From assembly GCF_903645285.1 (NCBI RefSeq), contig NZ_CAHJXN010000001.1, positions 1-40,000 on the forward strand: DNA of 40,000 bases. The letters are read 5' to 3'. This document shows positions 1 to 7,905 of this stretch, piece after piece; the stretch's first letter is position 1; every line of letters begins with the position of its first letter. This DNA comes from Streptococcus thalassemiae (GTDB taxonomy: Bacteria; Bacillota; Bacilli; Lactobacillales; Streptococcaceae). The translations under genes and the position numbers were made by a program. Below the pieces are notes generated by a model, which saw only the letters and a list, made by a program, of their open reading frames with translations, was not told the origin of the DNA and ran no database searches.

Positions 1-43
1 CACAAAACGGACACTGCACGTCTACTTTTACTAATTCAGTCAT
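1..43 (-). CDS. Hypothetical early protein, N-terminal fragment running off the left edge
   Basis: ATG at 43 reading leftward gives MTELVKVDVQCPFC (CxxC). Same orientation as ssb. Only 14 codons visible. Confidence 0.3.
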   Translation of the reverse strand, partial: MTELVKVDVQCPFC

Positions 44-64
44 ATTTTTCCAATCTATCAAACA

Positions 65-589
65 TTAAAATGGCAAATCACCATCACTGATATCCAATGG
101 TTTTTTTGTATTCCCCTCAAAGAAACTCCCTTGTTGCCCGTAACTATTTCCATTTTGGAAATTGTCCCCTATGTTATTTCCATTTTGGAAAGAACTGCCC
201 TGGTTGCTGTACCCCTGTTGCTGATAACCGCCATGATGATCTTGATGGCCTTGATTATTTTGCTGACTGTTACGACTTTCTAGTAATTGGAAGTTACTAG
301 CAACAACCTCTGTAACATAAATACGTTGACCTTGCTGATTATCATAGGTACGTGTTTGAATTACTCCTGTGATACCAATCAATGAGCCTTTTTTAGCCCA
401 ATTAGCAAGATTTTCAGCTGACTGTCTCCAGATAACACAATTGATAAAATCAGCATCACGCTCTCCAGCCTCGTTCTTAAATGGACGATTTACAGCAAGA
501 GTAAACGTAGCAACCGCAATATTAGATTGCGTATATTTTAGATTGGCATCTCTTGTAAGCCGCCCTACTAAAACAACGTTATTTATCAT
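65..589 (-). CDS. ssb: Single-stranded DNA-binding protein
   Basis: OB-fold N-terminus ([14 protein letters not shown]...FINCVIWR...), Gly/Gln/Asn-rich linker, and the acidic tail DISDGDLPF typical of bacterial and phage SSB. Confidence 0.95.
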   Translation of the reverse strand: MINNVVLVGRLTRDANLKYTQSNIAVATFTLAVNRPFKNEAGERDADFINCVIWRQSAENLANWAKKGSLIGITGVIQTRTYDNQQGQRIYVTEVVASNFQLLESRNSQQNNQGHQDHHGGYQQQGYSNQGSSFQNGNNIGDNFQNGNSYGQQGSFFEGNTKKPLDISDGDLPF

Positions 590-755
590 TTTGCACCTCC
601 TCTACTTCTGATACCTTGATTTCATTTGAACCAAAATTTAATAAGTCGGTGTATCGTTTCACAAACTTAATAGCGGCCATAAATGAATTTTCTGCATTGA
701 TTTCTGACCCCAAATCAAGATCTGCAATTTTACCACTGACATAAAAACATCTCAT
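579..755 (-). CDS. Hypothetical small protein (58 aa)
   Basis: My own translation, below the track cutoff. ATG at 755 preceded by GGAGTCAGAAC. The stop overlaps the ssb start, suggesting translational coupling. Confidence 0.4.
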   Translation of the reverse strand: MRCFYVSGKIADLDLGSEINAENSFMAAIKFVKRYTDLLNFGSNEIKVSEVEEVQNDK

Positions 756-816
756 AGTTCTGACTCCTTTCTGTTGACCAACCTTTTACATTTTCAATCA
801 GTTCATTAAACTTCAT
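730..816 (-). CDS. Hypothetical very small ORF (28 aa)
   Basis: ATG at 816 sits in an ATGA overlap with the upstream ORF stop; AGGAGG lies 8 nt upstream. Overlaps the next ORF by 26 nt, so it may be a frameshifted fragment. Confidence 0.25.
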   Translation of the reverse strand: MKFNELIENVKGWSTERSQNYEMFLCQW

Positions 817-974
817 TGTGCATACCTCCTGTTGCAATATTCACGTTCTAAGCTATCTAGCACCACTTTTAAATACTCGATAGAGTAAATGGCAAGGCTT
901 TTCTTTTCAATTTGTGTGAGAGGCCTGTTAGCCTCCTCAAACTCTAAAATAAGTTGATACTTTCTAAATCCCAC
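813..974 (-). CDS. Hypothetical small protein (53 aa, GTG start)
   Basis: GTG immediately after the stop of the 975-1964 gene, with GGAGGG just upstream. Open to 813. Confidence 0.35.
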   Translation of the reverse strand: MGFRKYQLILEFEEANRPLTQIEKKSLAIYSIEYLKVVLDSLEREYCNRRYAQ

Positions 975-1964
975 CTAACCCTCCAAAGTTTCAAAGCTGA
1001 TAAAGTTATCCTCAAGCCATTCTTTCAACTGATCAAACTGAGATTTCCCACCATGCAATGTCAAATGCAAGTCAATTGTTAAAGGCTCGCTAGGTTCAAA
1101 TTTTGCCACCTCTCGCGCATTGTTTTGAGGTTCTGGTGTAATTGTACCCTGCTCCAAAATCTCGCCTGTTTCAGCATCGTAAGCCTTGATATGCGCATTT
1201 GCATTTTCTTTGGCCAATTGTTCAATCTCTGCAAGTCGTTCAGCTTCTGCTTTTTCTTGAGCCTCTTTCTGCTCTTTGCGTGCAATCTCAGCATCACGAT
1301 CAGTTTTCATCATCTTGAAAACATCAACAAGGCTCTTACCATCTTCAAGATGTCTGATATAGCTATCAGCTGGCAAATCGTACTCTTGAGCTTGCTCTTG
1401 GATAGCTTGCTTGTTGGCCTTATATTCTTCCAGGGCATCAAATTCTGAAAGCACCAAGGCATCCATTTCATCAAGTGTTGTATTTTTCAGCTCATACTTG
1501 CCTGTTTTAAAATATTTCTTGAGGCTGTACTCATCGTATTTGTCAGCGAATGTTGATTTTTCAATCCCTGCGAACATACACCTATCCTCAAAGGTAGTCC
1601 GGATAACATCCACGCGCATCAATCGTTCATGTTCATCAATCGCATTAAGTCCTGCTGTGATGTTTGAGATAACATTATCCAATGGCTCAACTGTTTTCTT
1701 ATACCACTTCTCAAATTCCTTGTATGGATTATTGATGTTATTTTTGATTTCCTTACGCCGAGTTTCCAACGCCTCTTTTAATTTATTAAGGCGTGTACGC
1801 TCATCATAATCAATCTTATAAGTGGATGCCGTCACCTCATAATCCGTGTACTGTGCAACGATTGCTGCAAGTTGTTTCTCAACGCTATCATAATCAACAT
1901 TGATTACTGCTGGTTGGAAATCTACCTTAATTTCTGTCAAGCTATTAGTTACATCTTTTACCAT
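975..1964 (-). CDS. Phage early protein, DUF1351-like, associated with the recombination module
   Basis: 329-aa ORF with a long charged coiled-coil C-terminal region. Its position next to the ERF and SSB genes resembles DUF1351 proteins of streptococcal and lactococcal phages. Family recalled, not searched. Confidence 0.55.
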   Translation of the reverse strand: MVKDVTNSLTEIKVDFQPAVINVDYDSVEKQLAAIVAQYTDYEVTASTYKIDYDERTRLNKLKEALETRRKEIKNNINNPYKEFEKWYKKTVEPLDNVISNITAGLNAIDEHERLMRVDVIRTTFEDRCMFAGIEKSTFADKYDEYSLKKYFKTGKYELKNTTLDEMDALVLSEFDALEEYKANKQAIQEQAQEYDLPADSYIRHLEDGKSLVDVFKMMKTDRDAEIARKEQKEAQEKAEAERLAEIEQLAKENANAHIKAYDAETGEILEQGTITPEPQNNAREVAKFEPSEPLTIDLHLTLHGGKSQFDQLKEWLEDNFISFETLEG

Positions 1965-1976
1965 GCCTTTGTTCTC

Positions 1977-2216
1977 CTAGTCTGTGAAAATTTTGATTTT
2001 ACTACCTGATGATGAATGTCCAAAACATAAATTGCCATTATCACAAATTAAGGCAAGTTCTGTTTTTGATAAATTAGGGGTATTCTTGTAAATCTCATAT
2101 AGTGAATTCCCGTAACCACCACCAACTCGACCATATACAACATCAACGGTTTCTTGATCTTGTTCATTCATTTTGTCGTAATTCCATTTGTCCTTGATGA
2201 TATATTTCTCTTTCAA
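1977..2216 (-). CDS. Hypothetical protein (79 aa, TTG start)
   Basis: Track ORF in the early operon orientation. No recognisable motif. Confidence 0.5.
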   Translation of the reverse strand: MKEKYIIKDKWNYDKMNEQDQETVDVVYGRVGGGYGNSLYEIYKNTPNLSKTELALICDNGNLCFGHSSSGSKIKIFTD

Positions 2217-2273
2217 CTCTTTTAGAGCTGAAAGATTAGATTTCTGTTTTTGGCTTTCGTTTTCTGTGAAAGC

Positions 2274-2999
2274 TCATGGCGAATAAATTTTATTTTCAGT
2301 CATGTCTTGTACTCCTTGTTTTTCGTATGCTTTTTGAATTTGTTTAGTGAGATATTCCATCACTATGTTATAGCCATCAACTGGCACTTTGTGGAAATCA
2401 TCTATTTGGTACTTGCTCAATACAAAATTTGCAACTGTATCAACTGGCGCTCCCTTAATCGTCGCAATTTCTTCAACGTTCTTGATAATTTCTTGATACT
2501 GAATGTTGTCAATGTACCTTACTTGATTTTGTTCTCGGGCTTGCTGGTTGTTTGGTTTCTGTTGCTGATTATTCTGCCCTTGCTCTTGGCTTTCTTCTAC
2601 TGGATACTCATCAATATCTTTTTCACCAATCGCAAACAACCCCTGCAAAGCATATTTTCGAGCGTATGAGCTGACTGCACCTGTCCATTGCGGATCTTGC
2701 ATTTGTTTAATCTGCCCTTTTTGGGTATTAAATACTGGAACTGGACTCATTTCAGCGTATGCTGTTGATTGGTACCTCTCGTCTCTCTCATCATTAAAAG
2801 CTACGGCTGTTGCTTTTACAAAGATTTTTCCAACAAGCTCAATGAGTTCATCAGTTACGATTACAGACCAATCGCTTTTTAGCTCTTTGAAAGTTGTATA
2901 GATGTCCTCGGCATTTCTAAATGCGTACTTTACATCTTTGGATTTCTTTTTTTCTAATTGCATTTTTTGTTGCAACTCTGGGAAAGTTAAACTTGCCAT
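2274..2999 (-). CDS. erf: ERF-family single-strand annealing protein (recombinase)
   Basis: The motif GAVSSYARKYALQGLFAIGEKDID resembles the ERF signature. AAGGAGG RBS. Neighbours SSB. Confidence 0.8.
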   Translation of the reverse strand: MASLTFPELQQKMQLEKKKSKDVKYAFRNAEDIYTTFKELKSDWSVIVTDELIELVGKIFVKATAVAFNDERDERYQSTAYAEMSPVPVFNTQKGQIKQMQDPQWTGAVSSYARKYALQGLFAIGEKDIDEYPVEESQEQGQNNQQQKPNNQQAREQNQVRYIDNIQYQEIIKNVEEIATIKGAPVDTVANFVLSKYQIDDFHKVPVDGYNIVMEYLTKQIQKAYEKQGVQDMTENKIYSP

Positions 3000-3031
3000 T
3001 TTCTTCCTCCTTTAAAAACTCTGTAATTCCC

Positions 3032-3118
3032 TTATTTTAGCCCAAGGTCCAGCAATTCGTTTTTTTCTTCATGATTGGCCAAAAGCCATACACGGTTTTC
3101 AAGTTCAATTCTAGTCAT
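3032..3118 (-). CDS. Hypothetical very small ORF (28 aa)
   Basis: ATG at 3118 preceded by AAAGGAGACGCTG. Fills the gap upstream of erf. Confidence 0.3.
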   Translation of the reverse strand: MTRIELENRVWLLANHEEKNELLDLGLK

Positions 3119-3134
3119 CAGCGTCTCCTTTGCT

Positions 3135-3482
3135 CTACCCCAAATGCTTTGCATAGCGTGATCTTCGTGGTTCTGGTAAGGATAATGGCTCAGGACGCAA
3201 TCCTACAGGCGGTTCATTGTCGTATGTGAAGCCCTTGAACTCCCGACGGACATTCTTGCGGATTTCTTGACGCTGTGCCTCTCTACCACGTTCGTATGCT
3301 TGGTTGTACCCTTGGATAATCATAGACGCAAATTCTTGCTCTTCTCGTCTCTCTTCTTCCTTCTGGCGGATTCTCTCCTCTTCCTGCTTATCCAACTGAT
3401 GAGCTATAAACCCTGCGATGATAAATCCTAAAATCACTGCGCCAGTTCCTAAAAGCTGGCTAACTAATGGTGGTTCAAACAT
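3135..3482 (-). CDS. Hypothetical membrane-anchored protein (115 aa)
   Basis: Start moved to the internal ATG at 3482 (RBS TAGGAGAGAGAAA). N-terminal TM helix (LLGTGAVILGFIIAGFIA) followed by a highly charged E/R-rich region. Confidence 0.6.
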   Translation of the reverse strand: MFEPPLVSQLLGTGAVILGFIIAGFIAHQLDKQEEERIRQKEEERREEQEFASMIIQGYNQAYERGREAQRQEIRKNVRREFKGFTYDNEPPVGLRPEPLSLPEPRRSRYAKHLG

Positions 3483-3492
3483 TTTCTCTCTC

Positions 3493-3804
3493 CTATACTC
3501 CGAATTGTTTTTCTTTCTTGATATTCTCAAGCATTTCTGATAAAGTTTCTTTCTTCGCACGATAGCGATTGCGACTTTTCCATTTGACGAACATGCGAAA
3601 TCCTTCGTAATCGATAAATACAATCTTATGAGTTGGGTTATCGATGAACTGCTTAAAATCAGGATGTTCTCGCATTTCACCCGCCCAGACTTTTGCAGTC
3701 CCTGGAGTCAACCCTTCCCACCTCTGACAAAGATGTTTGTAATCGCCATGCGTAGCTTTTTCGTCCACATCAACTGGCTTATAAGTAATTTCTGTTTTCG
3801 GCAT
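3493..3804 (-). CDS. Hypothetical early protein (103 aa), possibly a DUF771 or excisionase-like DNA-binding protein
   Basis: Start at 3804 (GGGAGG RBS), inside the longer track ORF. The family call is a weak recollection. Confidence 0.45.
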   Translation of the reverse strand: MPKTEITYKPVDVDEKATHGDYKHLCQRWEGLTPGTAKVWAGEMREHPDFKQFIDNPTHKIVFIDYEGFRMFVKWKSRNRYRAKKETLSEMLENIKKEKQFGV

Positions 3805-3881
3805 GCAATTTCCTCCCTTTCGTGTTATAATCATGTTGAATATTTAAGTATGCGCCTGATTGCCGTCAGGTGCTTTTATTT

Positions 3882-4100
3882 TTAGATTCTATAGACGCTT
3901 CCATTTGTTGCATAGTACGTCAGCTCGTTCATCTTTCTTGTAAACTGGTAGTCGCTTGTAATCAGCAACCGCTCTTTCAGCAAGCTAGATAGTCCGTAGT
4001 GATTAGCTTCAAACTGTTCAATAATTTTCTGACGTTCTTCAGTAGTCACTTGCTGACAAGGTGCGTCTAGACTCTGTGTCATTGCTAAATTTGAACGCAT
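3882..4100 (-). CDS. Hypothetical protein (72 aa; start uncertain, 4100 or 4082)
   Basis: Track ORF overlapping the 3' end of the loader gene. No strong SD for either ATG. Confidence 0.45.
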   Translation of the reverse strand: MRSNLAMTQSLDAPCQQVTTEERQKIIEQFEANHYGLSSLLKERLLITSDYQFTRKMNELTYYATNGSVYRI

Positions 4101-4893
4101 TGGTCTTCATGTTTCCTTTCGTTATTCTATCTACTAGGCTTTTCTCGTAAAGTTGCTCCAAGTGATTGCCTCCATAATTCGTAGTTATAATCGTATTCGT
4201 CCTGTTTTCAAGTATCTGATACAGGACTTTTTGCATCCAGTTGTTCCCCTGTTTGATTTCATCTCCTACACTTGACTCTTTGCCAAGGTCATCCAAAATC
4301 AAGTAGTCTACTTTCTGCAAGAACTGGATAGTCCGTCTTTCTTCCCACTTGGAATCCTTGTATCTAAAAGCGTCTTTCATCCGTGAGAATAGTTCCATGG
4401 AGGGAATATAGACCACCGAGCGCTTCAACTGGAACTTCTGAAAACTCTCGTTCAGCGTCTTGGCAATTCCAACTGCTAGATGGCTCTTACCAACTCCAGG
4501 CGGACCGCTGATAATCGTATTCCCCTCATATCGCTCCTTCACATAGTCAACCGTCACACGCTTAGCGAAATTGACTGCTTCAGCATCTTGGTCTGTGTGA
4601 ATCTCAAAGTTGCCGATAGTGGCATTTTGTAAATCAGGTGGAATGATGCTCTCCTTAGAAAATAAAGAGTAAGACCGTGTATTTCTGATTTGAGCCTCAG
4701 CTTGAGCAAGTTGTTCGCCTGCTTGACTGTTGATTTTATCCTGCCAACATTCAGGACAATAAGTCATCACATTCTGTGTGCAAGGGTTGACTGAACGCCA
4801 CATATACACACCTTCATGCTTGGGACATTGAGTATTCAAAGTTTCAATCTGTAAAAATCTACCCTGCAATTCATCTCTTGATACTGCTCGCAT
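4039..4893 (-). CDS. DnaC/IstB-like AAA+ helicase loader
   Basis: Walker A ISGPPGVGKSH and Walker B LILDDLGKE. N-terminal Cys-rich segment (CPKH...CPECW). Directly downstream of the initiator gene. Confidence 0.9.
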   Translation of the reverse strand: MRAVSRDELQGRFLQIETLNTQCPKHEGVYMWRSVNPCTQNVMTYCPECWQDKINSQAGEQLAQAEAQIRNTRSYSLFSKESIIPPDLQNATIGNFEIHTDQDAEAVNFAKRVTVDYVKERYEGNTIISGPPGVGKSHLAVGIAKTLNESFQKFQLKRSVVYIPSMELFSRMKDAFRYKDSKWEERRTIQFLQKVDYLILDDLGKESSVGDEIKQGNNWMQKVLYQILENRTNTIITTNYGGNHLEQLYEKSLVDRITKGNMKTNAFKFSNDTESRRTLSASDY

Positions 4894-4902
4894 AGCACCC
4901 TC

Positions 4903-5754
4903 CTAGAATCCCAGTCGTGGGTTGTAACCATCGTCTGACAATCTCAACTCACTGCTCGACTTCCCACTTGACCGCTTCGGTTTCTGTCTATTCTCTACCA
5001 ACTTAACAGTAGTTAAACCTTTCTGTTTCCAGTCTCTTAAGATACTCTCCAGATATTTGAAGTAAGGTTTACCATTTCCCACACATTCCTTGATTGCTAA
5101 CTTGATAACCTCTTTACTATGATCTTGTAAGAAGTATTTCAAGTCCTCAATCTCAAATGGTGTTGGGTATCTTCCAAACTCTGAAAAAATCCAATCGTGA
5201 ACAATTCCCAAATCATTTTCTGCGGGTGCGTCCTCCATACTATATAGATTATTAGCACCAGCACCATCTGGTTCAGTAAGGTTGGTTATATCAGGTTGGT
5301 TATTATTAGGTTGGTTAGCCTTAACATTTTTAAGTTCTTGAACTAAAGTTTCTTTAGTTCCCCCCTTAACATTTTTAAGTTCTTGAACTAAAGTTTCTTT
5401 AGTTCTGATTTTCTGAGGATATAGTAAATTCGCCAATCTAACGCCCTGCCTTTTTTCTTTCAAAAGGCCATGTTCTATCAGTTGTCCTTTTAATTTAATT
5501 ACTACTGGTTCGCTTTTTTTAATCCAACTACATATTTCAGGATTTGTAGCTATAACGTACAAATGCCCTTCCTTGTCAGTAAAGTGTTGCTTGTTTTTTC
5601 GAGATAATGAAACACGGTCAATCAGAATACCATAAATCATAACAGCTAGTGGATCTAATCCTGAGAAATAATCATCTTCTATTAGCCGATACGGAATTTT
5701 AAAGTATCTCTCATGATTATCCATATCTACCTCTGTAAAGTATTGGTCATTCAT
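4903..5754 (-). CDS. Replication initiator with a C-terminal DnaD/DnaB_2-like domain
   Basis: The C-terminal ...YFKYLESILRDWKQKGLTT... is DnaD-domain-like. The N-terminal half resembles a phage replisome organiser. The gene contains in-frame DNA repeats. Confidence 0.8.
   Translation of the reverse strand: MNDQYFTEVDMDNHERYFKIPYRLIEDDYFSGLDPLAVMIYGILIDRVSLSRKNKQHFTDKEGHLYVIATNPEICSWIKKSEPVVIKLKGQLIEHGLLKEKRQGVRLANLLYPQKIRTKETLVQELKNVKGGTKETLVQELKNVKANQPNNNQPDITNLTEPDGAGANNLYSMEDAPAENDLGIVHDWIFSEFGRYPTPFEIEDLKYFLQDHSKEVIKLAIKECVGNGKPYFKYLESILRDWKQKGLTTVKLVENRQKPKRSSGKSSSELRLSDDGYNPRLGF
5279..5317. repeat. Three 10-bp iterons AGGTTGGTTA (starts 5279, 5293, 5308)
   Basis: Exact decamer seen three times at 14-15 bp spacing inside the initiator gene. 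Confidence 0.8.
5319..5408. repeat. 45-bp tandem direct repeat, two copies (42/45 identical)
   Basis: CCTTAACATTTTTAAGTTCTTGAACTAAAGTTTCTTTAGTTC occurs at 5319 and 5364. It is in frame and encodes the duplicated TKETLVQELKNVK. Confidence 0.9.
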
Positions 5755-5978
5755 ATCTCTCCTAAACTATGATTTAATTCGTATTTTTTTCCTAAAAAAA
5801 TAAAATCTTTTTTAACATTGTATAACCGAGCTAGCTTATCTAATAAATCAACTGGAATTTTAGAACTGTCATGCTCATATTTCAACAACGTTTGTTGATG
5901 AATTTGTAGTTTATCAGCAACTTCTTTTGCAGATAAATTGTAATTTGTTCTTATTGCTCGTAGCGTCATCTTTTGCAC
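5751..5978 (-). CDS. XRE-family helix-turn-helix protein (Cro-like or early regulator)
   Basis: The HTH pattern LSAKEVADKLQIHQQTLLKYE. ATGA overlap with the initiator gene. Confidence 0.8.
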   Translation of the reverse strand: MQKMTLRAIRTNYNLSAKEVADKLQIHQQTLLKYEHDSSKIPVDLLDKLARLYNVKKDFIFLGKKYELNHSLGEI

Positions 5979-5982
5979 GCAC

Positions 5983-6129
5983 TCACCCCCTTGTTTTACA
6001 TTCCGGCGCCCTGAGTTCTATCTCATAGCTGGCTTGTCTAAATAGCCTCTCACACGCTATCTTTGCTTCTCTGTACGTTTCATGCGAGCCAATGAATTGA
6101 TCTGCAAGTTCTATGACTTTTTCTGTCAT
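5983..6129 (-). CDS. Hypothetical small protein (48 aa)
   Basis: Start at ATG 6129 with an AAAGGAGG RBS, inside the longer track ORF 5983-6168. Confidence 0.45.
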   Translation of the reverse strand: MTEKVIELADQFIGSHETYREAKIACERLFRQASYEIELRAPECKTRG

Positions 6130-6200
6130 TCTATCGCCTCCTTTTTTATTTTGCTCTTGGAGCAACAACCTGCCAAAGATTCGAACCTTGGTGATACCAA

Positions 6201-6476
6201 TCAGGCTACATTCATTTTGTCAAGCATTCCTTCAAATGCTGCATCAAAACGAATGTCATCGATTTCATCTTGAGTGAAACCAGAATCAATAAGGTAACGT
6301 TCTTGACGTTCGATCTCTTCTGCTAACTCTGTCCATCCGAAAGCGAATTGACGGCAGTTAGTGCAGAATGCTTCAAGTTGGCTATAGAGGAAGTTTTCCT
6401 CGCAAGTGCCTTGAATTAAAGTTTCCTTTGCTACTGCTTTGAAGATGTTGATTGCTTTCTCGTTTAATGTGTTCAT
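6201..6476 (-). CDS. Hypothetical acidic protein (91 aa), first gene of the rightward-early operon
   Basis: GGAGGG RBS 7 nt upstream. About 18 D/E against 8 K/R by my count. No HTH pattern seen. Confidence 0.6.
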   Translation of the reverse strand: MNTLNEKAINIFKAVAKETLIQGTCEENFLYSQLEAFCTNCRQFAFGWTELAEEIERQERYLIDSGFTQDEIDDIRFDAAFEGMLDKMNVA

Positions 6477-6525
6477 GATGTTTCCCTCCGATTTGTTTTT
6501 TTGTTATTTCCTTAAGCTTGATTTA

Positions 6526-6554
6526 ATTATACTACGAATTAAATCGTATGTCAA
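6526..6554 (-). promoter_or_regulatory. Early promoter (PR-like): TTGACA, 17 nt, TATAAT
   Basis: Minus strand reads TTGACAtacgatttaattcgtagTATAAT. Both hexamers match consensus with a 17-nt spacer. Confidence 0.75.
6533..6548. promoter_or_regulatory. Operator palindrome TACGAATTAAATCGTA inside the early promoter spacer
   Basis: Inverted repeat TACGA/TCGTA. Related half-sites lie at 6572-6577 (TTCGTA), 6583-6588 (TTCGAA) and 6604-6609 (TACGAA). An 11-bp inverted pair TTTTCGTATTT sits at 6570-6580 and 6601-6611. Confidence 0.6.
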
Positions 6555-6595
6555 TACTTTTTTAGAATTTTTTCGTATTTTTTTCGAATTTTTTA

Positions 6596-6624
6596 TTTAC
6601 AAATACGAAAATAAGCGTTATTAT
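6596..6624 (+). promoter_or_regulatory. Repressor promoter (PRM-like): TTTACA, 17 nt, TATTAT
   Basis: Near-consensus hexamers 28 nt upstream of the cI start. A TACGAA half-site lies in the spacer. Confidence 0.5.
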
Positions 6625-6651
6625 ATAGTAAAAGACAAAAGGAGAAAAATA

Positions 6652-7455
6652 ATGGCCAGAGGACGAGGAAAGTTAACTCCTCAAGACAAAGAGGATATGA
6701 AAATCTTTTCCGCAAACCTTAATACGATTTTGTCGGATAGGAATTGTAAGCAAGTTGAATTGTCCAGAGCGACAGGTATACCTGCTAGCACTTTAACGGG
6801 TTATGTGAAAGGAACTTCTTTGCCTATACCCGGAAATGTACAAAAGATAGCTGATTATTTTGGAGTATTAAAATCGACTTTAGACCCAAGGTTTGTAAGT
6901 GAAGATTCTGCTATCAAAGTCAGCCCTGCACCACCACCTGCCACTTCCCCCATCCAATCCATCTACAACGAACTTGAACCGCCTGGACAAAGAAAAGTTA
7001 TCACATACGCTGAAAAATTACGAGATGAACAAGAGAAGCGAAGAAAAACGAAGATAAACGAAGTATCGGAGAAAGTTGTTCAACTCTATGGTTACGACTA
7101 CTATGACCACGCTGCTTCTGCTGGTACTGGGCAGTATTTGAATGATGTACGAGTTGAACAGATAGAGTTGCCAATAGATGTAGATGCTGACTTTGTTATC
7201 CCGATTAAAGGTGACTCCATGGAGCCTGATTATCATGATGGCGACCTAGTGTTTATCCAGACAAGTGTTGATTTGAATGATGGTGTTATCGGAGTGTTTA
7301 ACTACAACGGAGAGGCATATATCAAGCAACTGGTTATTGATACAGAACAATCCTACCTACATAGCTTGAACCCTGATTACAAAGATATGCCAATCACACC
7401 AGAAACAGACTTCCGAATCATTGGGGAAGTCGTAAATTTGTATAGAGAAAAATAG
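6652..7455 (+). CDS. cI-like repressor: N-terminal XRE HTH plus C-terminal S24 (LexA-like) autopeptidase
   Basis: Start at ATG 6652 (AAAGGAGAAAAATA RBS), not the track start at 6439. HTH CKQVELSRATGIPASTLTGYVKG. S24 motifs GDSMEPDY and AYIKQL. Confidence 0.9.
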   Translation: MARGRGKLTPQDKEDMKIFSANLNTILSDRNCKQVELSRATGIPASTLTGYVKGTSLPIPGNVQKIADYFGVLKSTLDPRFVSEDSAIKVSPAPPPATSPIQSIYNELEPPGQRKVITYAEKLRDEQEKRRKTKINEVSEKVVQLYGYDYYDHAASAGTGQYLNDVRVEQIELPIDVDADFVIPIKGDSMEPDYHDGDLVFIQTSVDLNDGVIGVFNYNGEAYIKQLVIDTEQSYLHSLNPDYKDMPITPETDFRIIGEVVNLYREK

Positions 7456-7468
7456 ACGGAGAATAACA

Positions 7469-7900
7469 ATGGTTGAATTAAATGAAGAATTTTCTTCAAT
7501 TTCCTTTAATGAAAAAATATCGAACATTCGTTTTGTACACTTAGAAAATGAAAAACTTTTGACAACTGCTTCTTCTTTGGATGAATTTCCTGCTTCTTTT
7601 TCGCTTGGAGTAGACATTGATTTGTTCAATATTAAAGCTAATTACAAATACCAAATCCATGTTTTCTTTCAAGGAGATGGACAACTCCATGAGCAACTCA
7701 TACACGTTTCAAACGTATACATCCATGAAGAAGAATTTATCTTCTCCAAAAATAATTACGGTATAACTACAGGAAGTTTTATCTTTGGATTGACCCCTAA
7801 AAAACAAGGTGATTATAGAATTACTCTCAAACTTGTTGACGCGGAATATCAAAAGGTTCTCGATGAATTTCATCAATATATCTATCTTTACAAGAGGTAA
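7469..7900 (+). CDS. Hypothetical soluble protein (143 aa) immediately downstream of cI
   Basis: GGAG RBS, 13 nt after the cI stop, with no terminator seen between. No recognisable motif. Confidence 0.7.
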   Translation: MVELNEEFSSISFNEKISNIRFVHLENEKLLTTASSLDEFPASFSLGVDIDLFNIKANYKYQIHVFFQGDGQLHEQLIHVSNVYIHEEEFIFSKNNYGITTGSFIFGLTPKKQGDYRITLKLVDAEYQKVLDEFHQYIYLYKR

Positions 7901-7905
7901 CAGGC

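Noticed and set aside
579-816. Overlapping small ORFs 730-816 and 579-755 as one frameshifted (pseudo)gene or a programmed frameshift
   Set aside because: There is no slippery sequence at the overlap and no recognisable family spans both parts. With only two tiny ORFs, the evidence is too thin to support a claim.
3849-3885. Hairpin GCGCCTGA...TCAGGTGC with a T-run on the plus strand, considered as a terminator in the early operon
   Set aside because: The T-run is on the non-transcribed (+) strand, where no gene ends. On the minus strand there is no U-tract, so it is at best an antisense or bidirectional stop and is not annotated.
6439-6651. N-terminal 71-codon extension of the repressor ORF in the track (MKMLIAFSFNVF...)
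   Set aside because: It runs through the AT-rich switch region containing both promoters and the operators, has no RBS, and encodes Phe/Ile-rich low-complexity sequence. The ATG at 6652 has a strong SD and starts a normal HTH domain.
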